A program made the translations under genes and the position numbers. A stretch of 61,656 nt of DNA. Source: a bacterium. GTDB taxonomy: Bacteria; Patescibacteriota; Minisyncoccia; CAYZDR01. Numbering within the stretch: position 1 is the first letter of the stretch; each line of letters opens with the position of its first letter. Below, one piece after another: positions 9,575-18,496 of this stretch. The notes under the pieces were generated by a model. The model saw only the letters and a program-made list of their open reading frames with translations, was not told the DNA's origin and made no database searches. The stretch lies in assembly GCA_043806975.1 (NCBI GenBank), contig JAZDGL010000069.1, positions 1-61,656 on the forward strand. Direction: 5' to 3'.

Positions 9575-9610
9575 CCCAATTACGAATTAAAAATTACGAA
9601 TTATGAATTT

Positions 9611-10717
9611 ATGAAATTAAAAACAAACAGACCCGACTATATTTTAATTGCTGCGGTTGCAGTTTTATTGGTTATTGGCTTAATAATGCTTTCTAGCGCT
9701 AGTTCGGTTTTGGCGACTCAGCAGTTTAATAATCCTTATTTTTATTTAAAAAGACAATTTTTTATCGGAGTTATTGGAGGTGGATCTTTGTGCTTTTTGA
9801 TTTCGCTAATTCCTTATCAATTCTGGCGCGCTATTGCTTTTCCGCTTCTTTTTTTTACGCTGATTTTACTGGCGCTAGTTTTTGTCCCAGGGATAGGGGT
9901 TGCCTACGGAGGTTCGCACAGATGGATAAAAACAGGCTTATTTGATTTTCAGCCGACCGAATTGGCAAAGTTAGTTTTAATTTTTTATTTTTCTGCTTGG
10001 CTTTCCGCGAAAGGGACAAAAGTCGCTACTTTTAAAGAAGGATTGTTGCCTTTCACTGTTATTATTGGAATTATTTCCGCGCTGATAATTTTTCAGCCGG
10101 ATGTCGGGACGCTGGGGATGTTGATAATTATCGCGCTTTCAATTTTTTTTGTTTCTGGGGCAAGTTTAAAACATATTTTTTTGCTTTTAGCTGGTTTAGC
10201 GCTTGGGTTGTGGGGGATAATTAAGGCGGCGCCTTATAGAATGAATCGTTTTTTGGTTTTTTTAAATCCGCGGCTTGATCCTAAGGGGATTGGCTACCAA
10301 ATCAATCAGGCGCTATTGGCAATCGGTTCAGGAGGAATTTTCGGTCTTGGGCTTGGATACAGCAGGCAGAAATTTAATTATTTACCTGAGCCGATGGGTG
10401 ATTCTATTTTCGCGATTATTTCAGAGGAGTTGGGTTTGGCAGGCGCTTGCGTTATTTTGGCAATCTTTGCGGTTGTCGCTTGGCGCGGCTGGAAAATTGC
10501 TAAAAAAGCTCCCGATAAATTTGGTCAGCTTGCCGCCGTTGGGATAACTTCTTGGATAATTTTCCAAGTGATAATAAATATCGCGGCAATTACATCGTTG
10601 ATGCCTCTTACGGGAATAACCTTGCCATTTATAAGTTATGGCAGTTCTTCTATGATAATGATGCTGGCGGCAGTCGGAGTTTTAATAAATATATCAAAAC
10701 AGGGGAATGGGTGTTAG
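9611..10717 (+). CDS. ftsW: SEDS-family peptidoglycan polymerase (FtsW/RodA)
   Basis: About 10 TM segments and FQPTELAKLVLIFYFSAWL. It lies between mraY and murG, so FtsW is more likely than RodA. Confidence 0.8.
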   Translation: MKLKTNRPDYILIAAVAVLLVIGLIMLSSASSVLATQQFNNPYFYLKRQFFIGVIGGGSLCFLISLIPYQFWRAIAFPLLFFTLILLALVFVPGIGVAYGGSHRWIKTGLFDFQPTELAKLVLIFYFSAWLSAKGTKVATFKEGLLPFTVIIGIISALIIFQPDVGTLGMLIIIALSIFFVSGASLKHIFLLLAGLALGLWGIIKAAPYRMNRFLVFLNPRLDPKGIGYQINQALLAIGSGGIFGLGLGYSRQKFNYLPEPMGDSIFAIISEELGLAGACVILAIFAVVAWRGWKIAKKAPDKFGQLAAVGITSWIIFQVIINIAAITSLMPLTGITLPFISYGSSSMIMMLAAVGVLINISKQGNGC

Positions 10718-10756
10718 AAATATGTTTTTTTGTAAAATAAATTTTCAGATTTTTCC

Positions 10757-10795
10757 AAAAAAAGAAGCCGCCAAGTCAACTTGTGACTGGCGGCT
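10757..10795 (-). terminator. rho-independent terminator for the minus-strand operon
   Basis: AGCCGCCAAGTCA-acttg-TGACTGGCGGCT forms a 12-bp stem with 1 bulge. On the minus strand it is followed by a T7 run (A7 at 10757-10763 on +). Confidence 0.7.
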
Positions 10796-10943
10796 GTAAA
10801 AGTGCTAAAAAGTTCCCTCTATGGGCGTGTCGCCGAATGCGTTTTTTACAAAATTCTGAAATTTTTTAGGCTTTATTAAGCCAAAAGATTTTTCAAAAAT
10901 TGTAAATTTTGCTATTCGGCGACAGTCCTTCTATAATTTTGCC

Positions 10944-12209
10944 CTAATCGGGAGAGCCATGATTTCCACTTTCATTGAGATCTTCATTCGGGGATTTTAC
11001 TATTGTCATAGTGTTCCCCAAAACGCAAACTCCCGCTACCTCTCCCTCGGCTATCTGTATATCCTCAGGGTATATTGATAGCCGAATTTTATCTCCAATT
11101 TCAGCTTGGCAGGATATATCAGCCTGCACTGTTATTGATATAGAGTTGGTTTTAGGGATAACCAAATGAAGATTACTAAAAATTGCTTGGTTCCCTTCAA
11201 CTTTTTCTTCAATATGATAGCCCCCGTACTCTAAATTAATCCCTAAGATATCATCATCAATGTTATTGCCATTAATAGTGATGGCAATTTGGGAAACCTC
11301 AATATCTGCCACGGGGTTCGATATAAGTTCAAATACTAAAAATTTTTTTCCAAGTACTCCTCTTGGGAGAGGAGCTGAAAGTGGAGTCAGAGTTGAGTGG
11401 TGCAAAAGAAGTAAGGGCAAGGGCGAAGGTTCTATCGCATACGCTCTCACATTCTTTAAATCCAATCCCTGCCCTGCTTCTCTCCATTCTCCTCTTAAAA
11501 CCCATTGTCCGTTTTCGTCTTGACGGATGCTTTCATAAGAATACCAGCGTTTTTCGCCATCCCAATAAACGAGTTGGACAGGAGAGCCTTCATTTAAATC
11601 GGCAGGAAGTTCTTGAAAATTAAGAAGGTATTTGACAATATTTTTAGGAACGCTTGAATCTATTTCGTGCCACAATGTTGCTTCTGAAATATAGGAAGTG
11701 ATGTCCCAGTCAAATATTTCTACGGACATGTCAATATCAGCTCCTCCCATCTCAATGGGAACCATAACAAATTTATGTTGTGTGATGATTTCGTTCGCAA
11801 CATTGAATTTTTTGCAAGGAGATTCGAACTGGCGATAAGGAGTAATTCCCGCAAAGGCAATTAGTTGGAGCTGGATAGTCCCAAAAGGGACAGAGACAAT
11901 TCCTTCCCCAGATTCTAGATAAATAATTTCGTCTGGGTCGCGATCCGAAAAAGCCTCGGTTTCTTTTAGTTGCCAAATTCGCAATTGCCAATCGTGGAGT
12001 CCTAATGAGCGCTGGCGAGAGGATTCGTCAGTATTACCAGAGGTAAAACTTATTAGACCTCGTTCCCCTTTGTAGTCAGAAAAAGCGGTGTAATTAGTGA
12101 CAGGGGGGTTGGAAGATGTATTATGTCCATCTCCATCTAAACATCCAACTCCACAAAAACAGAAAACAACCAAAAACATCAAAATCGTCAAATTCTTTAA
12201 ACCTTTCAT
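10944..12209 (-). CDS. hypothetical lipoprotein
   Basis: Signal peptide with lipobox (LVVFCFCGVGC). No other recognisable motif. Confidence 0.7.
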   Translation of the reverse strand: MKGLKNLTILMFLVVFCFCGVGCLDGDGHNTSSNPPVTNYTAFSDYKGERGLISFTSGNTDESSRQRSLGLHDWQLRIWQLKETEAFSDRDPDEIIYLESGEGIVSVPFGTIQLQLIAFAGITPYRQFESPCKKFNVANEIITQHKFVMVPIEMGGADIDMSVEIFDWDITSYISEATLWHEIDSSVPKNIVKYLLNFQELPADLNEGSPVQLVYWDGEKRWYSYESIRQDENGQWVLRGEWREAGQGLDLKNVRAYAIEPSPLPLLLLHHSTLTPLSAPLPRGVLGKKFLVFELISNPVADIEVSQIAITINGNNIDDDILGINLEYGGYHIEEKVEGNQAIFSNLHLVIPKTNSISITVQADISCQAEIGDKIRLSIYPEDIQIAEGEVAGVCVLGNTMTIVKSPNEDLNESGNHGSPD

Positions 12210-12376
12210 TTCTCTTCTCCTTTTTTAGTTTTTTTAGAAGTAAAAATAATGAAAATTGCAAAAAATAGTGATAGCGCATTTACTGCGTCAAAGCCGTCAC
12301 GAAAACAATACGCTATAGTCGGAACAAAAATTAAAGCGAATAAAACTGCCACAACCCACTCTCCAGCCTCGGACAT
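12206..12376 (-). CDS. small membrane protein (56 aa), absent from the ORF track
   Basis: Translation is MSEAGEWVVAVLFALIFVPTIAYCFRDGFDAVNALSLFFAIFIIFTSKKTKKGEEK. There are two hydrophobic helices, an SD GGGGGTG upstream, and its TGA overlaps the ATG of the lipoprotein gene (ATGA). Confidence 0.6.
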   Translation of the reverse strand: MSEAGEWVVAVLFALIFVPTIAYCFRDGFDAVNALSLFFAIFIIFTSKKTKKGEEK

Positions 12377-12534
12377 TTAATGAGTTCACCCCCTCTCAAA
12401 AATGGCTTAAATTCAGTAAAAAACTATTAAATTGTCAAAGTTCATTGTCAATTATCTTGATAGCCATATTATAGCAGATAACTTTAAATTTGTCAAGCGT
12501 GGACGGAATGTCAAAAATTTTGTAAAATATAAAT

Positions 12535-12876
12535 ATGAAGAATTTGAATTTTCATACGGAAGATATCCAATTGCCCGATTTTTTTAAGCCGATTTTGTGG
12601 TCTTACGATTTTTCTGCGATGAACCCTAAAAAACAATCTAAGACAATAATTATCAATGCGATAAATTATGGAAATTTAAATCATTGGAGATGGATAATTA
12701 AATATTATGGGAAAGATAAAATTAAAGAAATTTTGCAAAAAATTCCAACAACAGAAATAAAGCCTAAAACGCGAAGGCTAGCAGAAATAATTTTTTCAAT
12801 AGATAAATTTAATTATGTTCCAAGAAGCGCTAACGGAAGAGGGCAAGAAACTTTTTCCTCTTCTGAAAAATTTTAA
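12535..12876 (+). CDS. small conserved CPR protein (DUF6922-like, putative antitoxin-side partner)
   Basis: ILWSYDFSAMNPKK...NHWRWIIKYYGKDKIKEIL resembles, from memory, the short domain often found upstream of AbiEii-type nucleotidyltransferases. It overlaps the next ORF by 62 nt. Confidence 0.45.
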   Translation: MKNLNFHTEDIQLPDFFKPILWSYDFSAMNPKKQSKTIIINAINYGNLNHWRWIIKYYGKDKIKEILQKIPTTEIKPKTRRLAEIIFSIDKFNYVPRSANGRGQETFSSSEKF

Positions 12877-13051
12877 TGATTTTTATCTTGCAGGAGGAAC
12901 TGCCTTAGCTTTGCAGATAGGGCATAGGGTTTCAGTTGATTTTGATTTTTTTTCTGAGAAAGAAATTTTGCCAAGTCTTTTAAAAGAAAAAGTTGACAAA
13001 GAGGAAATAAAAAGCTTTTTTGAGAAAAAAATAAAGAGCATTAAATTTTGA
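12815..13051 (+). pseudogene. AbiEii/AbiGii-type nucleotidyltransferase toxin remnant (about 78 aa of an expected 200+)
   Basis: N-terminus FYLAGGTALALQIGHRVSVDFDFFS is the family signature. The ORF then ends after about 30 more residues, so most of the domain is missing. Confidence 0.55.
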
Positions 13052-13088
13052 AGCGGAGTCCAATATATCCGTAATAAACTATTTTTTT

Positions 13089-14201
13089 ATGCGCATACTT
13101 TTAACTGGCGGCGGAAGTGGCGGTCATATTATGCCAATTCTCGCCGTAGTAAAATCAATCAAACAGCAAACTCGCGAGGAAGCAGAGTTTTTATTTGTCG
13201 GTTCAGTAAATAAGGAAACGAGGGGGATTTTGGAAGCGGAGGGGATAAGGGTAAAAAATGTTTTTTGCGGGAAAATGCGCCGTTATTTTTCTTTGCAAAA
13301 TTTTTTGGATTTATTTAAAATTCCGCTAGGGCTTATTCAGGCGTTTTGGGTTGTTTTTTTCTATATGCCAGATGTCGTTTTTTGCAAGGGCGGTTATGCC
13401 AGTATGCCGGGCGCGGTTGCGGCTTGGTTTTTTAGGCTGCCGATAATAATTCATGAATCGGATACAATTCCAGGGTTAACTAATCGGATAATCGGCAAAT
13501 TGGCGCGCGTAGTTATTATTTCTTTTGAAAAACCTTTGGAATATTTTCCAAAAGAAAAAACTGTTCTTTTGGGCAATCCTGTTCGCAAAGATTTGTTACA
13601 GGGAAATCCTGGCGTGATTTTGGGAAAATTGTTTTCGGCGACTAGCAGAAAACCGCTTATTTTGATTTTAGGAGGAAGCCAAGGGGCAGTTTCTTTGAAT
13701 AATGTTGTTTTGGAAACCTTGCCGCGTCTTTTGAAAGAGGCATCAGTTATTCATCAATGCGGAAAATTGGATTTTGAAAATGTAGTTGCAACAGCAAAGC
13801 AGATTTTGGGCGAAGATTTGGCGGGGAAGGGGTATTTTCCCGCAAGTTTTATTTCCGATGAATTGCCGGATATTTTTGCGGCGGCAGATTTAATAATCAC
13901 AAGGGCTGGGGCAAATTCTTTGGCGGAAATTGCGCTTTTGGGTAAGCCGTCAATAATAATTCCTCTTCAAAATTCTGCGGGATGTCATCAGCGGGAAAAT
14001 GCTTTTGAATTTCAGCGTTCTGGAGCGAGCGTTGTAATTGAACACGAAAATTTAACTCCGAATTTATTTCTTACTGAAATTGGAAAAATTATTTATAATT
14101 CTGAACTTGCAAAAGCAATGGGAGAAAATGCCAAAAAACTTGCTTATCCCGGCGCGGACGAAAAAATTGCCGAGCTGGTTTTAAAAGTTGGCAGCATATA
14201 A
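13089..14201 (+). CDS. murG: UDP-N-acetylglucosamine--N-acetylmuramyl-(pentapeptide) pyrophosphoryl-undecaprenol GlcNAc transferase
   Basis: ILLTGGGSGGHIMP, HESDTIPG, LGGSQGA, TRAGANSLAEI. Confidence 0.9.
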   Translation: MRILLTGGGSGGHIMPILAVVKSIKQQTREEAEFLFVGSVNKETRGILEAEGIRVKNVFCGKMRRYFSLQNFLDLFKIPLGLIQAFWVVFFYMPDVVFCKGGYASMPGAVAAWFFRLPIIIHESDTIPGLTNRIIGKLARVVIISFEKPLEYFPKEKTVLLGNPVRKDLLQGNPGVILGKLFSATSRKPLILILGGSQGAVSLNNVVLETLPRLLKEASVIHQCGKLDFENVVATAKQILGEDLAGKGYFPASFISDELPDIFAAADLIITRAGANSLAEIALLGKPSIIIPLQNSAGCHQRENAFEFQRSGASVVIEHENLTPNLFLTEIGKIIYNSELAKAMGENAKKLAYPGADEKIAELVLKVGSI

Positions 14202-14202
14202 A

Positions 14203-14226
14203 ATGAAGACGCGCTTGCGCCTTCAT
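14203..14226. terminator. bidirectional hairpin between convergent murG and TPR gene
   Basis: ATGAAGACGCgcttGCGCCTTCAT has one mismatch. It is flanked by an A-run upstream and TTTTGGTTTTTTTT downstream. Confidence 0.6.
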
Positions 14227-14498
14227 TTTGGTTTTTTTTCCGATTTTTCCAATAATTTTTTCCCTTCTAAAACAGCATTCCATTTTAGGAAATTTTTTAG
14301 AGGCTTTGCTATTTCTAGCGCCTCCTTTAGCCTATCTTTTGCTTCTTCCTCTTTTCCGAGGCAAAAAAGGCATTCAGAAATGCGAATTAATAAAATTATT
14401 TTTAAATCGGCATCTTCTTGCTTCCCAAGATCTTTTAAGAAAATTTTTAACGCTTTGTCATATTCTTTCTTCTCTAAAAAAAGTGTTCCTTGATCCAT
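14223..14498 (-). CDS. small TPR-like protein
   Basis: AGGAGG sits 8 nt upstream of the ATG. EYDKALKIFLKDL...GKEEEAKDRLKEALEIA is TPR-like. The overlapping + strand ORFs are low-complexity. Confidence 0.6.
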   Translation of the reverse strand: MDQGTLFLEKKEYDKALKIFLKDLGKQEDADLKIILLIRISECLFCLGKEEEAKDRLKEALEIAKPLKNFLKWNAVLEGKKLLEKSEKKPK

Positions 14499-14545
14499 TT
14501 ATTTTTCCTCCTGACATTTTAAGAACTTTGAAATGCTATATTCGT

Positions 14546-14666
14546 TATAGATCCCGCAAAACAAATTCCGATATTTTCTCCCTTTGAAAAGGGAGATTGC
14601 CGTCCAAGACGGTTTGCCTTGGGCAGGAGAGGGATTCTAAAATAAATTTGTTTTGCGGGAGCTATA
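14546..14666 (+). repeat. family-1 TIR/hairpin repeat with extra module
   Basis: Near-identical to the copy at 6889-7009. Termini are TATAGATCCCGCAAAACAAATT / AATTTGTTTTGCGGGAGCTATA. Confidence 0.9.
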
Positions 14667-14868
14667 TTTACAATTCAATTATTTTAATTTTATTAAATTT
14701 AGATTAGAATGGTGTTAATTTTTTAAGGATTTTATAATGCGGCGCGGTTCAGTAGTTTTTCTAGACAATTGGGAAAAAATCGGATAAGATAGGGTAGCGG
14801 TTTAGAAATTTGTAATTATTAAAATATGGGGGTTGCGTGTTTGCGCGGCTTCTTTTAAATTAAAAACA

Positions 14869-15444
14869 ATGAATATACAATTTTATTCTCAAAACATTGA
14901 TTTACCCGCAAATTTAAAAAGTTATGCTAGAAAAAAAATTTCTAAAGCTTTGCGGTTTTGCAGCAAAGTGAAAGAAGCGCGCTTGGAATTTGAAATTGAC
15001 GCGCATCATAGCCATGGCGATAATACGAAAAAGGTCTTTTTAACGATTTATGTTCCGAGAGATGTTATTAGGGTGGAAGAATTTGCGTCCGATTTTCAGG
15101 AGGCAATTGACCTTTTAATTCCAAAACTAAAATTGCAAATTAAAAAATATAAAGAGAAACAGCAAACTTTGGCGCGAAAAAATGGGAGAATGTTCAAAAA
15201 AGCGATTCAGGCGGCGGCTGGAAAGATTTTTTCGCGATCTTCAGACAAGCAATTTATACCCCAATTTGAAGTGGTAAAAAGAAAAGAGTTTTCTTTGGCA
15301 GAAGTTATGAACGAAGAACAGGCGATTGAGGAGATGAACAAACTTGGTCATGATTTTTTTGTTTTCAATAATGCGAAAACAAGCAAAAACGCAGTGGTGT
15401 ATAAAAGGAAAGATGGAAAATTTGGAATTATAAATGTAAGTTAG
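14869..15444 (+). CDS. hpf: ribosome hibernation promoting factor, long form
   Basis: MNIQFYSQNIDLPANLKSYARKKI N-terminal domain plus a C-terminal dimerisation domain (EEQAIEEMNKLGHDFFVFNN...VVYKRKDGKFGII). Confidence 0.85.
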   Translation: MNIQFYSQNIDLPANLKSYARKKISKALRFCSKVKEARLEFEIDAHHSHGDNTKKVFLTIYVPRDVIRVEEFASDFQEAIDLLIPKLKLQIKKYKEKQQTLARKNGRMFKKAIQAAAGKIFSRSSDKQFIPQFEVVKRKEFSLAEVMNEEQAIEEMNKLGHDFFVFNNAKTSKNAVVYKRKDGKFGIINVS

Positions 15445-15496
15445 TTGTGGGGCGGCGAAAATCAAGCGCGTAAACTTTAAATTAAAATTAAAAAAT

Positions 15497-18301
15497 ATGT
15501 CTATTATTGATAAGCTTTTCGGGAAAACCGAGGGGAAACTAGTAAAAAAATATCAGCCTTTGGCGCAAAAAATAAACAGTCTTGAAAAAGAGTTTGAGGG
15601 GTTTTCTGATGCGCAATTGAAAGAAAGAGCGGGGGAGTTAAAGCAAAAAATTCAGCAGGAATTTGCAAAATTTTCTGATGGTTTGAAGGTTTTGGAGGAT
15701 AGTTTGCGAAAAACTGTTGACCAAGACAATAAAATTAAGATAAAAAAGCAGATAAAGTTATTTAAAAATAAAATTTACGAGCCTTTTTTGCCGGAAGCAT
15801 TTGCTTTAGTGCGGGAATCCTCTAAAAGAACAGTTAAGTTAAGGCATTTTGATGTGCAGTTGGTTGGCGGGGTTATTCTGCATGAGGGGGCTATCGCTGA
15901 AATGAAAACGGGGGAAGGGAAGACTCTTGCGGCAACTTTGGCGGTATTTTTGAATGCGCTAGAAGGCAAAGGGGCGCATATTATCACGGTAAATGATTAT
16001 CTTGCAAAACGAGATGCCAATTGGATGGGTCCGATTTACTGCGCGCTGGGGCTTTCTGTTGGCTGTATTCAGCACGACAATGCGTTTATTTTTGATCCGC
16101 ATTCGGCTCCTGACGCAAATGAAGTTTCTGTGGAAATGGAAAATTTAAAGCCGATTTCTAGAAAAGAAGCTTATTTATGCGATATCACTTATGGGACAAA
16201 TAATGAGTTCGGTTTTGACTACTTGCGAGATAATCTTGTTTTGGATCCCGAGCAGATGGTCCAAAGGGGGCATAATTTTGCGATCGTGGACGAAGTAGAT
16301 AGCATTTTAATTGATGAAGCGCGAACTCCGCTTATTATTTCTGCTCCTGATGCGGAATCGTCAAATAAATATAAGCTGGCAGCCGAGCGAGCGCTTCCAG
16401 TTTTAGGAAAAGTGAGGTTTATTACATCAATAGAGGAGTCGGAGGCGAAAAAAATTAACACCGATATTGAAGAGGGGTTTGATATTATTGCCAACGAGGA
16501 AAGAAAAAGCGCCCTGCTTACCCAGCAAGGACAGGATAAATGCGAGAAGGTGCTAGGGGTTTCGGGTCTTTTTGAAGGGGTTGATCCTGAGAGTTTTGCG
16601 TGGAAGCATGCCGTCGATCAAGTTGTGAAGGCAGCTGTATTTTTTCATAAAGACAAGGATTATGTAGTCAAAAATGGAGAGATAATAATTGTTGATGATT
16701 TTACAGGGCGCTTGATGCCGGGGCGGCGATATAGTGAGGGGCTGCATCAGGCGATTGAAGCAAAAGAGGGAGTGGAAGTGCAGAAAGAAAGTAAAACCGT
16801 GGCGACAATTACATTCCAAAATTATTTTAGATTTTACGAAAAGCTTTCTGGAATGACTGGCACGGCAGCAACCAACGCGGAAGAGTTTAATAAGGTTTAT
16901 GGTTTAGATGTGGACGCGATTCCGACTAATCAGCAGGTAGTAAGAAAAGATTTTTCTGATGGAATTTACAAAACAGAAAAGGGGAAATTTTTGGCGGCGC
17001 TAGAAAAAATAAAACAATGCCACGAAAAAGGTCAGCCTGTTTTGGTTGGAACGATTTCTGTGGAAAAATCGGAGCTTTTGAGCGGGCTTTTAGAAAAGTC
17101 AAAAATTAAGCACGAGATTTTAAATGCTAAAAATCATGAACGGGAAGCGGCTATAATTGCGCAGGCGGGGCAAACTGGCGCGGTTACAATTGCGACTAAT
17201 ATGGCAGGGCGCGGAACCGATATAAAATTGAGCGATGAAGCAAAAAATGCTGGAGGTTTGTTTGTCTTGGGGACAGAGCGGCACGAAGCGCGTAGAATAG
17301 ACAATCAGTTGCGAGGGCGATCTGGCAGGCAAGGCGATCCGGGAGCAAGCCAATTTTTTGTTTCTTTAGATGACGACTTGATGAGAATTTTTGGATCGGA
17401 TAGGATGCGCGGGATGATGGATAAACTGAATTTTCCAGAAGACCAGCCGATTGAAAATAAAATTTTGAGCAAGGCGATTGAAAGCGCCCAGGCGAAAGTT
17501 GAGGGGTATAATTTTGATGTAAGAAATCATGTTTTGGAATACGATGATGTGATGAATAAGCAGAGAGATTTAATTTATGCGCGAAGGCAGAAAATTTTAT
17601 TTGCGCTTGGGAGTGAAGAAGAAAAAAATGAGCTAAAAAATAGCGCCTTGGAGTTGCTTTCAAAGGAAATCGCGAATATAGTTTATTCTTCCGCGGGAAA
17701 AGAAAGCAAGCCGAATATCCCAGCAATTGCATCTGAATTAAAAAACATTTTAGATGCGAGGGAGTTTAGCGCGTTGGAAAAAAATGTTTTTGCTGAAAGC
17801 GGGTTGGAATTTCTGCAAATTTCTGAGGTTAAAGAGAGACTTGAAAAAGCGATTTTGGAAGTATATCAAAATTATGAGAAAACACTTGGCGCAGAAATTA
17901 TGCGCGGGCTGGAAAGATTTTTGCTTTTGAGAATAATTGACACTTTTTGGATGCAACACTTGGATTATATGGATTATTTAAGAAATAGCGTTTCTTTGAG
18001 GAGTTTTGGGCAGCGCGATCCGCTAGTAGAGTATCGCAAAGAAGGGTTTTCTGCATTTGAAAAACTTTTAGCGAATATTCAATCTAATTTCGCTCAATAT
18101 ATTTTTAAGGCAAGTTTTACTCAGGCGCAAGCAAGTATTGAAAAAGAAAAACGGCAAAGAGAGAGGTTGCGATATAGCGGCGGAGAGGATTCTTCTTCCG
18201 GATCAGCGGGAGTTACAGTTAAAAATGAAAATAAAATTGGCAGGAATGACCCTTGTCCGTGCGGAAGCGGCAAGAAATATAAGCGCTGTTGCGGCGCTTG
18301 A
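15497..18301 (+). CDS. secA: preprotein translocase ATPase SecA
   Basis: Walker A MKTGEGKTL, DEVDSILIDEARTPLIIS, TNMAGRGTDI, and a C-terminal zinc finger CPCGSGKKYKRCCG. Confidence 0.97.
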   Translation: MSIIDKLFGKTEGKLVKKYQPLAQKINSLEKEFEGFSDAQLKERAGELKQKIQQEFAKFSDGLKVLEDSLRKTVDQDNKIKIKKQIKLFKNKIYEPFLPEAFALVRESSKRTVKLRHFDVQLVGGVILHEGAIAEMKTGEGKTLAATLAVFLNALEGKGAHIITVNDYLAKRDANWMGPIYCALGLSVGCIQHDNAFIFDPHSAPDANEVSVEMENLKPISRKEAYLCDITYGTNNEFGFDYLRDNLVLDPEQMVQRGHNFAIVDEVDSILIDEARTPLIISAPDAESSNKYKLAAERALPVLGKVRFITSIEESEAKKINTDIEEGFDIIANEERKSALLTQQGQDKCEKVLGVSGLFEGVDPESFAWKHAVDQVVKAAVFFHKDKDYVVKNGEIIIVDDFTGRLMPGRRYSEGLHQAIEAKEGVEVQKESKTVATITFQNYFRFYEKLSGMTGTAATNAEEFNKVYGLDVDAIPTNQQVVRKDFSDGIYKTEKGKFLAALEKIKQCHEKGQPVLVGTISVEKSELLSGLLEKSKIKHEILNAKNHEREAAIIAQAGQTGAVTIATNMAGRGTDIKLSDEAKNAGGLFVLGTERHEARRIDNQLRGRSGRQGDPGASQFFVSLDDDLMRIFGSDRMRGMMDKLNFPEDQPIENKILSKAIESAQAKVEGYNFDVRNHVLEYDDVMNKQRDLIYARRQKILFALGSEEEKNELKNSALELLSKEIANIVYSSAGKESKPNIPAIASELKNILDAREFSALEKNVFAESGLEFLQISEVKERLEKAILEVYQNYEKTLGAEIMRGLERFLLLRIIDTFWMQHLDYMDYLRNSVSLRSFGQRDPLVEYRKEGFSAFEKLLANIQSNFAQYIFKASFTQAQASIEKEKRQRERLRYSGGEDSSSGSAGVTVKNENKIGRNDPCPCGSGKKYKRCCGA

Positions 18302-18436
18302 AATTCCGTCGCTCGCCCCAGATGCAAGCAAGTTTGCGCCTGTGGGCTCGCTAGGAATTATAAAAAGTGTTGCGGGGCATGACAGGCGTGCAATAAGGAG
18401 CATAAAATAAAACATCAAGCGGCGCTCCCGTCAATG

Positions 18437-18465
18437 TTGACCTTGAAAGCCGCCTCGGATATAAT
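18437..18465 (+). promoter_or_regulatory. sigma-70-type promoter
   Basis: TTGACC, 17-nt spacer, TATAAT. It implies that the downstream CDS starts at the ATG at 18497. Confidence 0.6.
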
Positions 18466-18496
18466 AGGAACAAGTAAGTTAAAAAATAAAAACAAA

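Noticed and set aside
10828-10924. An 11-bp perfect inverted repeat, TGTCGCCGAAT...ATTCGGCGACA, is separated by 75 nt just downstream of the lipoprotein gene stop. It has a small internal hairpin GGCTT-tatt-AAGCC.
   Set aside because: This is a single occurrence in a 3' UTR-like region upstream of a good terminator. It could be a processing or stability element, but nothing else supports a distinct feature.
14188-14587. + strand ORFs 14188..14493 and 14228..14587.
   Set aside because: Their translations are low-complexity F/S/L-rich. They run antisense to a TPR-like ORF that has an AGGAGG RBS, and one runs into a family-1 repeat.
17196-17732. Long antisense ORFs lie inside housekeeping genes. 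Examples are 17196..17732 in secA, 55131..55721 in mreB, 37530..37934 in alaS, 24717..25109 in the TraD-like gene and 20279..20605 in secD.
   Set aside because: These are shadow frames opposite strongly supported genes, with no independent motifs or RBS.
18138-18418. ORFs 18138..18410 (+) and 18203..18418 (-) run over the secA 3' end and the GC-rich spacer.
   Set aside because: They overlap the well-supported secA frame and have no start context or motifs. They are kept open only by the GC-rich composition. The spacer itself is reported separately as unassigned.
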